Below, in pieces: positions 26,728-35,277 of a stretch of 64,000 nt of DNA. The notes beneath the pieces were generated by a model that worked only from the letters and a program-made list of their open reading frames with translations, was not told the DNA's origin and made no database searches. The stretch comes from Akkermansiaceae bacterium UBA2381 (lineage in GTDB: Bacteria; Verrucomicrobiota; Verrucomicrobiia; Verrucomicrobiales; DEV007). The stretch covers positions 147,164 to 211,163 of the forward strand of contig DDSV01000034.1 in the NCBI GenBank assembly GCA_002344215.1, given 5' to 3'. Both the position numbers and the translations under genes were made by a program. Position 1 is the stretch's first letter. Every line of letters starts with the position of its first letter.

Positions 26728-27072
26728 TTAACCAGGAGGCCACCCGAGATCGCGACCGGAAAGGAGATGCACATGGAGATGCGGCACCGCCTCTCCGCCC
26801 ATACGGCCGTTGTTAATGATCAACCGAAAGCCTTTCCCGGTTTCATTGAAACCCATGTCGGTAGCGATCCTGCCGGCCACGATGAGAAGGTGACCGAGCA
26901 AAGACGCATCCTCTTCCTGCGCTTCGCCAACCCGCGGAATCGGCTTTCGGGGGATGATGAGAATGTGGGTCGGTGCCTGTGGCGAAATGTCGTGAAAAGC
27001 GACCGCCAATTCATCCTGATAAACGAATTGCGCAGGAATCTCACCGGCAATGATTTTCTCAAAGAGCGTCAT
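26728..27072 (-). CDS. hinT: Histidine triad nucleotide-binding protein (HinT-like). Alternative GTG start at 27090.
   Basis: TLFEKIIAGEIPA, AFHDISPQAPTHILIIP, GFRLIINNG..GGEAVPHLHVHLLSGR. Confidence 0.93.
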   Translation of the reverse strand: MTLFEKIIAGEIPAQFVYQDELAVAFHDISPQAPTHILIIPRKPIPRVGEAQEEDASLLGHLLIVAGRIATDMGFNETGKGFRLIINNGRMGGEAVPHLHVHLLSGRDLGWPPG

Positions 27073-27086
27073 CGGGGGAGGTTGGA

Positions 27087-27650
27087 TCACGAGGCGATCA
27101 TGAGAGTCAACTCAGGTCTGGCCCGCGTCACTTCATTCCGCACTCGATCGACAAACTCGGTGATTTCGCCCTTGAGAAGTTCGCAGCGTCCGGTCCATTT
27201 TTTGGTGGAAACGAGACGGCGCACTCCGTTACGCAGGCCATGGCACTCGACCATGGTGGCTCCCCCGAAGGCGGCGGACTTGAGTTGCTCTTCGAGGAGG
27301 CGGAAGAAGGCCAGTTCGTAGCCGCTTCCGGCGCGTCGGGCGAGTTCGCTCAAGGAGATCCTCACCGGAGGGAGGGTCTTGTCGATTTTGGCTGCGACAT
27401 GATTGAGGCCCAGCGAGGCGAGAGTTTTCTCGATGCGGGCGAAGAGATCCTCGGAATCAATGACCGTGCCTTTGTAGTGTTTGATCAGGAAACTCTCCAC
27501 GCCGCGGGAGATATCCTGTGCCATCCAAACGGGGACGTCGGTCCCGCGCGCCGCATTGGTCAGAGTTTCGGTCAACCAGTCTGACTCACAGAGAGCGAGG
27601 CTGGCAGAGCCAATGCGGATGTAGGGCAGGGAATGGGGCAGAGCGATCAT
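27087..27650 (-). CDS. Conserved hypothetical protein, N-terminal half resembles a degenerate ATP-cone
   Basis: Between nrdR and hinT, same strand. Helical pattern AQDISRGVESFL...VIDSEDLFARIEKTLASLG. Confidence 0.8.
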   Translation of the reverse strand: MIALPHSLPYIRIGSASLALCESDWLTETLTNAARGTDVPVWMAQDISRGVESFLIKHYKGTVIDSEDLFARIEKTLASLGLNHVAAKIDKTLPPVRISLSELARRAGSGYELAFFRLLEEQLKSAAFGGATMVECHGLRNGVRRLVSTKKWTGRCELLKGEITEFVDRVRNEVTRARPELTLMIAS

Positions 27651-27724
27651 GGTTAACAATCGGTAGGTGGAACGGGTGGCTGCTGTTTGTGTGTGTTGGT
27701 GCGGGTGAATCTCTTTGAATTCCG

Positions 27725-28222
27725 CTAAGTGCGGGATTCAAAAAGATCCGGTTGGAGAAGATGGTCGATCGGGGCGCTCTCGAGAGATTCAATCACCTCG
27801 CTGAATTCGCCCACATCCTGAAACTGGCGATAGACCGACGCGTATCGGACAAAGGCGACGGGGTCGATCTGCTGCAAATGAGCCATCACCTTCGGTCCGA
27901 TGATGCGGGTGGGCACTTCCCGGAGATTGTCGGCGGCAAGTTCGTTAACGATCTCTTCCACGGCATTCTCAAGCTCGTCGAGGGAGACTCGCCGCTTTTC
28001 GCAGGCTTTGATAAGTCCACCGAGGAGCTTTTCGCGTTTGAAGGGTTCCCGGGTGCCGTCGCGCTTTACGACAAGAATGTCACGCCTCTCAACCTGCTCA
28101 TAGGTCGTGAAGCGATGGGCGCAATTTAAACATTCCCGGCGACGACGAATGGAAAACCCATCCTTCGAGATACGGGAGTCGATGACTTTGTCATCAAGAC
28201 TGTTACATTTGACGCAGCGCAT
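27725..28222 (-). CDS. nrdR: Transcriptional repressor NrdR
   Basis: MRCVKC...VIDSR...IRRRRECLNC..RFTTYE, ATP-cone VVKRDGTREPF.REK, AFVRYASVYRQF. Confidence 0.97.
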   Translation of the reverse strand: MRCVKCNSLDDKVIDSRISKDGFSIRRRRECLNCAHRFTTYEQVERRDILVVKRDGTREPFKREKLLGGLIKACEKRRVSLDELENAVEEIVNELAADNLREVPTRIIGPKVMAHLQQIDPVAFVRYASVYRQFQDVGEFSEVIESLESAPIDHLLQPDLFESRT

Positions 28223-28275
28223 AGGTGGGAGCGGTCCGGAAAGAAGCTACAATTGCGACTCTTTTATCAGAGTTG

Positions 28276-28291
28276 CAACAAGATGTTGTGG
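28276..28291. promoter_or_regulatory. NrdR box 1 (CAACAAGATGTTGTGG)
   Basis: 12/16 match to acaCwAtATaTwGtgt. Abuts minus-strand TTGACA at 28297-28292. Confidence 0.75.
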
Positions 28292-28308
28292 TGTCAATTC
28301 GAAAACGA

Positions 28309-28324
28309 CCACAAGATGTGGTTA
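28309..28324. promoter_or_regulatory. NrdR box 2 (CCACAAGATGTGGTTA)
   Basis: Core ACAAGATGTGGT is 11/12 identical to box 1 core, 33 bp apart. Confidence 0.7.
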
Positions 28325-28463
28325 TTTCCATTTTAGCCCTTCAAATTGAGGCAGACTCAGTCCGGGTGGAGAAATTCTGATAAGTCTGGAAAATGTGAAC
28401 CCACAGAGAGTGGCGACGTGGATGCCTGGTTTTGTCGATCAGAGACCCGCTGGACACGCCTGC

Positions 28464-29675
28464 TTAGGCCGGATTCCTTCGAAATGACCGTGCCGCAAGC
28501 ATCGCGGCCATCACGGCCAATCCTGAACTGAAGAAAAATGCAGCCCCCGGGATAATGAGAGGTGCTTTCGCACTGATAAAATAGCCGAAGATTCCCGTCG
28601 CAAACAAAGGCCCGATCGCTCCGGCGACACTTTGAAGGCTCGTTAGTGATCCTTGAATGCCGCCCTGCTCGTTGTCACCCACGGTGCGGGATATCATTCC
28701 CTGGATCGCGGGAACGGCGATTCCTGAAAGTGAGCCGAAAACAATAATCCCATAGATCATCCACCCTTGCGGGGCGAGTCCGTAGCCCGTCAAAGCAATC
28801 GCCATGATGATGAGTCCACCTACCGCCGCCCGCCGCTCCCCGATTTTTGGAATGATCTTGCGGGTCAATCCGCCCTGAACGATGGCAGCCATTAACCCGA
28901 CCAGAGCGAGGGAGAGTCCGGTCTGCTTGGTTCCCCAGCCGTAGCGATAGCTCGTGTATAGCACCCAGATGCTCGGGTAAACCTGATGGGCGATGCTGCT
29001 GATAAAATAACTGATGGAGAGACCAAGCACGAGCCGCTGCTTCTTCAATTCGAGGAGCGCCCCGATGGGATTGGAGCGTCTCAGGCTGAAGGCACGCCTG
29101 TTTTCCGGTTTGAGAGACTCGGGAAGGATCAGGTAACCGTAGAGCCAGTTGATTAATGTCAGGGTGCCGGCGGCGTAGAACGGAACCCGTAACCCGAAAT
29201 GGCCGAGCCAGCCTCCCATGGCCGGACCGAAGATGAATCCAAGACCGAACGCTGCGCCAATAATCCCGAAGCTGGCTGCGCGTTTCTCCGGCGGGCTCAC
29301 GTCGGCGATGTAGGCAGCGGCGGCGGAGTAGTTGGCCCCGCTGATCCCGGAAATGAGGCGACCGAGAAAAAACCAGGGCAGGGTGGGGGCCCAGGCGAGG
29401 AGGAAATAATCCAGTCCGGAGCCGAAGAGGGAGAGCAGGATCACCGGGCGCCGCCCGAAACGGTCGGAGAGACTTCCGATGACCGGGGCAAAGAGAAACT
29501 GCATCAGAGCATAGAGACCGACCATCCAGCCGAAGATGAAGGAGGCGGAGTCAACTCCTCCGCCGGATAGCTTCTCAACGAGCTTGGGAAGAATGGGGAC
29601 GACCAGCCCGATTCCCAGCACGTCCAGAAATAGCGTGATGAAAACGAAAACCAGCGCCGGTTTGCGGGGAGTCAT
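28464..29675 (-). CDS. TCR/Tet family MFS transporter
   Basis: FITLFLDVLGIGLVVPILP, motif A GSLSDRFGRRPV, GRLISGISGA, AFGLGFIFGPAMGG, 12 TM. Confidence 0.92.
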   Translation of the reverse strand: MTPRKPALVFVFITLFLDVLGIGLVVPILPKLVEKLSGGGVDSASFIFGWMVGLYALMQFLFAPVIGSLSDRFGRRPVILLSLFGSGLDYFLLAWAPTLPWFFLGRLISGISGANYSAAAAYIADVSPPEKRAASFGIIGAAFGLGFIFGPAMGGWLGHFGLRVPFYAAGTLTLINWLYGYLILPESLKPENRRAFSLRRSNPIGALLELKKQRLVLGLSISYFISSIAHQVYPSIWVLYTSYRYGWGTKQTGLSLALVGLMAAIVQGGLTRKIIPKIGERRAAVGGLIIMAIALTGYGLAPQGWMIYGIIVFGSLSGIAVPAIQGMISRTVGDNEQGGIQGSLTSLQSVAGAIGPLFATGIFGYFISAKAPLIIPGAAFFFSSGLAVMAAMLAARSFRRNPA

Positions 29676-29755
29676 GCTGAGGCGGGCGGAAAACGGGAGA
29701 ATGGTCGAGGATCACCTGCTTCGCGCCCCCGTAAACGCGTCCTGACCACCTCGGG

Positions 29756-31057
29756 TTATTCGCCTTCGAGCGGATGAAGCCGGTTCACGAGAGGGAAGTA
29801 GGCCCGTTTCAAGGTCGCTCCGGCCTGCCAGACTCCGTGGATCATCTCCAGCGATTTCATGGATCGGTGCCCCGAACTTTTCGGTTCCCTGTCCTCCTCA
29901 ATAGCGGCGAGCCAGTCCTTAACAATAAGCCGGTTCGACGCAGCGGTGCCGGTGAGTCCTTCAACAGGGGTGTGGTAGGGGTCCGCTTTTACCGGCCAGC
30001 GTTCCCAGTGGGCGGTGCGTTGAGGTGAGGCAGGGTCGTCTTCGATAAGCAGGGAAAGGCTTGGTGGCATCCCGGCGAAAAGACGGGCCTTGCCCCGGGT
30101 TCCTATAAACTCAATCCCCCAGGGACCGTGGAGGAGATGGAGGCGCCTGTCGGAGACATAGGAAACGTGGACCCCTGACTCCATCGCAAATTCCGCATGG
30201 ATTGAGTCTCCGAGAAGTGGACCGAGGTTTTCCTTGGCTGACTGATGGGCGTCTTCAGCAATCACCGGCTCTCCGTCTTTGGAGATCTGGGCGGTGCAGT
30301 AACTTGCCTCCCCGGCAAACCAGCGGACAAGATCAAAGAGATGCGTCCCAAGAACGAGGAGGTCCTCACCACCCGCCCGATCATCCATCATGCCGAAGAC
30401 CTTCATTTCGAGAAGGTCGCCGATCAATTCCGCGCGTTTCTCATGAAAAAGTTCGACGTGCGGGTCGCAGCGCATTTGGTGCACGACCGCGATCTTCAGG
30501 TTTTTTTCCGCCGCCAGAGCGAGCAACTCATCCGCCTCCTTGAGCGTACGGGTGAGGGGACGTTCGCAGCAGACGTGGGCTCCGGCCTCGAGGGCTGCTT
30601 TCACCATCTCGTAATGTTGGTCCGTCCATCGGGGGCCGACGCTGACGAGGTGCGGCTTTTCAGCCGTGAGCATCTCCCGGTAATTATCGTAGGCCCTTAG
30701 GGCTCCGCTGCGTTTCCATGTGGCTTCAAGCGCGTCGCCATTGGCGTCGGCAACGGCGACCATTTGCACGCCGGCCAGCTCCTGGAAAATGAGATCAAGT
30801 CCGTGCCCGAAATTGCCTGCTCCGGTGTGGCCGATCGCGACGGCGCGCAGTCCATCATAGGCGGCAGGAGGGGTCGCCGGTTTCGGGGGCAAAGCGGGCA
30901 CCTCCTCAGTGGAGGGGCCTTTCGACTTCTCCGGAAGAGTCGTCGGTGCAGTCTTCGCGCTCTTGGCTTTGGCCTTGCCTCGACGGATCATGCCGGCAGC
31001 GGCCATACCGGCGCTCCCGTAGATCGCGTGCTCTTTTTTTGAATCGTCTTCGGCCAT
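29756..31057 (-). CDS. Gfo/Idh/MocA family oxidoreductase
   Basis: AVAIGHTG Rossmann, HVCCERP (EKP variant), VLGTHLFD. Confidence 0.88.
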   Translation of the reverse strand: MAEDDSKKEHAIYGSAGMAAAGMIRRGKAKAKSAKTAPTTLPEKSKGPSTEEVPALPPKPATPPAAYDGLRAVAIGHTGAGNFGHGLDLIFQELAGVQMVAVADANGDALEATWKRSGALRAYDNYREMLTAEKPHLVSVGPRWTDQHYEMVKAALEAGAHVCCERPLTRTLKEADELLALAAEKNLKIAVVHQMRCDPHVELFHEKRAELIGDLLEMKVFGMMDDRAGGEDLLVLGTHLFDLVRWFAGEASYCTAQISKDGEPVIAEDAHQSAKENLGPLLGDSIHAEFAMESGVHVSYVSDRRLHLLHGPWGIEFIGTRGKARLFAGMPPSLSLLIEDDPASPQRTAHWERWPVKADPYHTPVEGLTGTAASNRLIVKDWLAAIEEDREPKSSGHRSMKSLEMIHGVWQAGATLKRAYFPLVNRLHPLEGE

Positions 31058-31201
31058 GGTGGGCGCGAGAGTAAACCTTGCGGAACTTTCAGGCAATGCA
31101 CAAATTTAAGGATCTCAGACTCGAAAATTTCCCCGGAAGCTCCCGCAATCCGGTAACTTTAGGGCTTTTCAGCACCATTGCCTCAGGCTAATCATATCGC
31201 C

Positions 31202-31942
31202 ATGTGGTGCCCTCACTCGATACGTTCCCTATTCATTGTCCTCTCCGGAGTCGTGGCGGCGGGCCAGTTTGCCGTGGGAGAAGAGGGCCATTATACGGCA
31301 AAAGAACCCTCCCGCGATGGCACCGGGAAAGTCTATATGGGACGGGAGATTTCGCAGGTTGTCGGTTCACACGCCATCACCTGGCTGGAACGGCGCGACC
31401 GCGAGGGCGAAGAAAAGCCGTCTCTGGTGATGGAGAATCTCGAACTTAAGCCAACCGATGTCGTGGCCGACATCGGGGCAGGGTCAGGCTATTTCTCATT
31501 CCTTCTCGCCCCGCTTGTGCCTCAGGGCAAGGTGCTCGCCGTCGATATTCAGCAGGAGATGCTCGACTTTGTCGAGGGGCAGAAAAAGCTTAAAAAGATT
31601 GCGAATGTGGAGACGCTCCTCGGAACGATTGAGGATACCCGACTTCCGGAGTCCGGTGTTGATCTGGTCATCATGGTCGATGCCTATCACGAATTTTCGC
31701 ATCCTCGCGAGATGATGGAGTCCATCGTCAAAGGTCTCGTGCCGGGCGGCCGGGTCGTCTTTCTTGAATACCGGGGGGAGGATCCTAACGTTCCCATTAA
31801 ACCGCTTCACAAGATGACCGTGAAGCAGGTTACCCGGGAGATGGAGGCGGTTGGTCTTGAATTCGTCGAACTCAGGGATTTTCTTCCGATTCAGCATTTT
31901 ATCGTTTTCAGAAAACCCGATAACATCGCAACAACCCAATGA
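31202..31942 (+). CDS. Class I SAM-dependent methyltransferase with N-terminal signal-like peptide
   Basis: VVADIGAGSGYF, VLAVDIQ, DLVIMVDAYHEF, LVPGGRVVFLEY. Confidence 0.9.
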   Translation: MWCPHSIRSLFIVLSGVVAAGQFAVGEEGHYTAKEPSRDGTGKVYMGREISQVVGSHAITWLERRDREGEEKPSLVMENLELKPTDVVADIGAGSGYFSFLLAPLVPQGKVLAVDIQQEMLDFVEGQKKLKKIANVETLLGTIEDTRLPESGVDLVIMVDAYHEFSHPREMMESIVKGLVPGGRVVFLEYRGEDPNVPIKPLHKMTVKQVTREMEAVGLEFVELRDFLPIQHFIVFRKPDNIATTQ

Positions 31943-33174
31943 TGGCCCGTCTCTCCATACCGCTCTTCTCTCTCATCCTCGTTTCCGCACAAGCGGCGGA
32001 TGAAAACTGGACTCAGTTCAGGGGGCCAACGGTTCGTGGCCATCTCGATAGGGCGGAGCTCCCGACCGCGTGGAGCGAAACGTCGATCAAATGGAAGGTC
32101 TCTCTAAAGGGAACCGGGCAGTCATCGCCGGTCAACTGGGGCGACAAACTGTTCCTCACAAGCGCGTCGGCTGACGGGCGCGAGCGTTATGTGACCTGTC
32201 TTTCCGCCGCGGATGGTTCCCTCGTTTGGGAGGATACCATCCCATGTGAGAAGCCCGAGGAGATTCACGCGATGAACAGCCATGCAACCCCGAGCTGCGC
32301 GACGGATGGAAAATTCGTCGTTGCCTTCTTCGGCCCGGCTGGCCTTCATGCCTATGACCTTGCGGGAAAGAAACAGTGGTCGCTCGATCTCGGCGATTTT
32401 CCCGGCACCTGGGGTATTGCCGCGTCGCCCATCATCATGGATGGTAAAGTGATTCAGAACTGCGATACCGAAGGTCCCTCCCGTCTCGTTGCCGTTGATC
32501 TTGCCACCGGGAAGATCGCATGGGAGACCGCCCGGGAAACAAAGCCGAAAGGCGGATGGAGTACTCCCACCCTGATCGAAGTCGACGGCCGGCGGGAACT
32601 CGTCCTGAATGGCGAGTTCGGAGTCCAGGGCTACGATCCCGAGACGGGCAAGGAACTGTGGTTCTGTGAGGCCTTCACCGGACGTGGCGAACCCGTTCCT
32701 GAATTTGCCCATGGCAAACTCTATGTCGTTAATGGCAAGCCGGGCGATGCCTATTGTGTGAAACCGGGAGGAAGTGGCAATGTTACCGCTACCAACCGGC
32801 TTTGGAACGCCCCCCGCAAGGGTGGCCGGGATCTTCCTTCGCCTGCCGTCGTCGGAGATTTTCTCGTCATTTCCAGTATGAGCGGGATCCTTACCTCCTA
32901 CGATGCCGGGACAGGGGCGGTCCATTTTACCGAGCGACTCGGTGAGTCCATGGAGATTGCGGCGGCGCCGCTGGTGGCAAACGGGTTGATTTATTTCCAG
33001 ACGGTAAAGGGTGGGGATGTCGTCGTCGTTCGTCCGGGAAAAACGCTGGATATAGTCTCGGTCAATTCGCTCGGCGAGGCGGCAAAGGATGAGAATTTTC
33101 GTTCCGTCCCCGTGCCCTATGCCGACCGTATTCTTCTGAGGTCGGGAAGCACGCTGTATTGTGTGGGCAAGTGA
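31939..33174 (+). CDS. Secreted PQQ-binding-like beta-propeller protein
   Basis: Signal peptide, NWTQFRGP, SSPVNWGD, ATPSCATDG, ASPII, WSTP, G..LW repeats. Confidence 0.9.
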   Translation: MMARLSIPLFSLILVSAQAADENWTQFRGPTVRGHLDRAELPTAWSETSIKWKVSLKGTGQSSPVNWGDKLFLTSASADGRERYVTCLSAADGSLVWEDTIPCEKPEEIHAMNSHATPSCATDGKFVVAFFGPAGLHAYDLAGKKQWSLDLGDFPGTWGIAASPIIMDGKVIQNCDTEGPSRLVAVDLATGKIAWETARETKPKGGWSTPTLIEVDGRRELVLNGEFGVQGYDPETGKELWFCEAFTGRGEPVPEFAHGKLYVVNGKPGDAYCVKPGGSGNVTATNRLWNAPRKGGRDLPSPAVVGDFLVISSMSGILTSYDAGTGAVHFTERLGESMEIAAAPLVANGLIYFQTVKGGDVVVVRPGKTLDIVSVNSLGEAAKDENFRSVPVPYADRILLRSGSTLYCVGK

Positions 33175-33301
33175 GGGGATTGTTCTCCGGCTCGTCCGCT
33201 TCATTGTCCGGGCTTTCGGTTACGTGAGGACCGAAAAAGTCTGGACTTTGCCTCATAGTCTGTTCTAGGGTCTCACTCCGAATTAAAGAGATCCTGCAGA
33301 A

Positions 33302-33901
33302 ATGAAAAAGCCGATTATCACCTTCCTCGCCACGTGCCTGTTCGTCTATCCCGCAGTCGCGCAAAAGGGTGGCGTAGCCATTCTCGACATCGATGCGGTC
33401 GCGAAACAACTCGGAGTGGAGGAAAAGGTCCGCGTGGACCTGTTGAACATTCAAAACAATCTTAACGCCGAGCTGCAAAAGGCCCAGACCACCATGCAGA
33501 CTCAGATGAACGGCGTGGAGAAGGCCGCCGGGGAGAAACCGACGGACGAGCAACGCAAACAAATCGTCGCCACAAATCAGCAGCTAAATGACGAGTTCAA
33601 TCGGATGAAGTCGCAGGCGCAGCAGAATCTGGCCCAGGAGCGCGTCCGCATGATCAGCGAATTTCGCACCCGTCTTGAGCCCATCGCACTGAAAGCGGCG
33701 AAGGCGATTGGTCTTGAGGTGGTGGTGATGAAGAATGCTCCAGTCTTTGCCTTTGATGCGAGCGTTGACATCACTCAGGAAACCACCCGCCTTGCCCTGG
33801 AAGCGGGAATGCAGGTGCAACCCTCTGCTGTGACCCCTACGGTCCCGACGCCGGCGAATCCGGAGAACGATACGACCGGAACCGCCAAACCGAAGGAGTA
33901 G
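33302..33901 (+). CDS. OmpH/Skp family outer-membrane chaperone
   Basis: Signal peptide, VAILDIDAV, long coiled coil, A.A.GL.VV, VDITQE. Confidence 0.8.
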   Translation: MKKPIITFLATCLFVYPAVAQKGGVAILDIDAVAKQLGVEEKVRVDLLNIQNNLNAELQKAQTTMQTQMNGVEKAAGEKPTDEQRKQIVATNQQLNDEFNRMKSQAQQNLAQERVRMISEFRTRLEPIALKAAKAIGLEVVVMKNAPVFAFDASVDITQETTRLALEAGMQVQPSAVTPTVPTPANPENDTTGTAKPKE

Positions 33902-33938
33902 TGTTTCGAAAGGGGGACGCGTTAATCGAGGAAGAATT

Positions 33939-35015
33939 ATGGCTACAAAAATTGGAGTGATCGGAGCAGGCGGAATGGCCCGCTACCATATTGACGGATT
34001 CAGGAAAGCCGGGGCCGAAGTGGTCGCAATGGCGGATGTGAATGTGGAGGCAGCCAGGGCATCGGCGGAAGCCAACGGAATCGCCAAAGTCTATGCCGAT
34101 GTCGCTGAGATGCTGGCGAGTGACATTGACGCGGTCTCCATCATCGTCCCGAACAAATTTCACGGACCTCTTGCCATCCAGGCGCTCGAAGCCGGCAAAC
34201 ACGTCTTCTGTGAGAAACCTCCCGCAATGAATGCCGCCGAGGTCAGGGATATGATCGTTGCCCGCGACAAGGCCGGCAAACATCTCATGTTCAACTTCAA
34301 CAACCGCGCGCGTCCCGAGTCGCGTGAGATGAAGAAGCTCATCGACGGAGGCACGGTCGGTCGCATCAATTCAGCGCAGGCCAAGTGGATTCGCCGCGCC
34401 GGTATTCCCGGGTTTGGCGGCTGGTTCACGACCAAGGCCCTCTCCGGCGGCGGTCCCGTCATCGATTTGCTCCACATGCTCGATCTTGCGATGTATTTCA
34501 TGGGCAATCCCAAGCCGACCTATGTCACGGGACAAATTTTCGACGACCATATCAACAACAAGGATTTCAAGGGTCCCTGGGGTATCCCAGACCGAGAGGG
34601 CGGCGTCACCGATGTGGAGTCCGCTGCCCACGGATTCGTAACTTTCGAGACCGGTCAGGTCCTCAGCTTTCAGATGTCCTGGGCCGAGATGATCAAACGC
34701 GAAGAGGTTTCCGTTGTTTTCCAGGGTGTCAAAGCAGGAGGTAAAGTCGAGCGCCTTTTCGGCACCGACGGTATGGACGATACCGCGATCGACACGTGCG
34801 AACTCTATACTCAGGAGGCAGGAAAGCGCATCGATCAGACCATCGAGGTGGAGGAGTGCCAGGACATGGGGCGCATCAATTCCGCCGCAAACTTCGTTGA
34901 AGCGATCGAGGGCAAGGCCGCCCCGCTGAACAATGCCGAGCAGGGCCTGCAATTGATGCAGATCATTGATGCAGTCTATGCCTCGGCGGCGAGCGGGAAA
35001 CCGGTGGCGATCTGA
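33939..35015 (+). CDS. Gfo/Idh/MocA family oxidoreductase
   Basis: KIGVIGAGGMA, HVFCEKPPA, GGGPVIDLLHMLD. Confidence 0.93.
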   Translation: MATKIGVIGAGGMARYHIDGFRKAGAEVVAMADVNVEAARASAEANGIAKVYADVAEMLASDIDAVSIIVPNKFHGPLAIQALEAGKHVFCEKPPAMNAAEVRDMIVARDKAGKHLMFNFNNRARPESREMKKLIDGGTVGRINSAQAKWIRRAGIPGFGGWFTTKALSGGGPVIDLLHMLDLAMYFMGNPKPTYVTGQIFDDHINNKDFKGPWGIPDREGGVTDVESAAHGFVTFETGQVLSFQMSWAEMIKREEVSVVFQGVKAGGKVERLFGTDGMDDTAIDTCELYTQEAGKRIDQTIEVEECQDMGRINSAANFVEAIEGKAAPLNNAEQGLQLMQIIDAVYASAASGKPVAI

Positions 35016-35039
35016 GGGCGGATCTAACTGATTTTAGGG

Positions 35040-35070
35040 AAGGGCGGGGGAGTAGTCCTTCGCCCTTTTT
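35040..35070 (+). terminator. Intrinsic terminator
   Basis: AAGGGCGGGG/CCTTCGCCCTT stem followed by T-run. Confidence 0.7.
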
Positions 35071-35277
35071 CTTGAATCGTCCGGCCCCTTCTTGAGCGTG
35101 ATAGAGTTCCCGGGTGTGGTGAGATTGAACCCCGATTCAAGAGTAAATTGATCATGTGCAGCAGGTTCCCCGCGGACGGAGCGGGTTTAGCCTGATGGTA
35201 TAGGGCAAAAATAGCGTGATTCCTCCATGTCACTTATCAAAATCCAGATATAGTAAGCGCCTTTCGCTTTCAGATTC

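Noticed and set aside
35046-35130. GGGGAGTAG...GGTGAGA reminiscent of a yybP-ykoY Mn2+ riboswitch
   Set aside because: P1 cannot form, the L3 motif is absent, and the sequence is better explained as the loop of the upstream terminator
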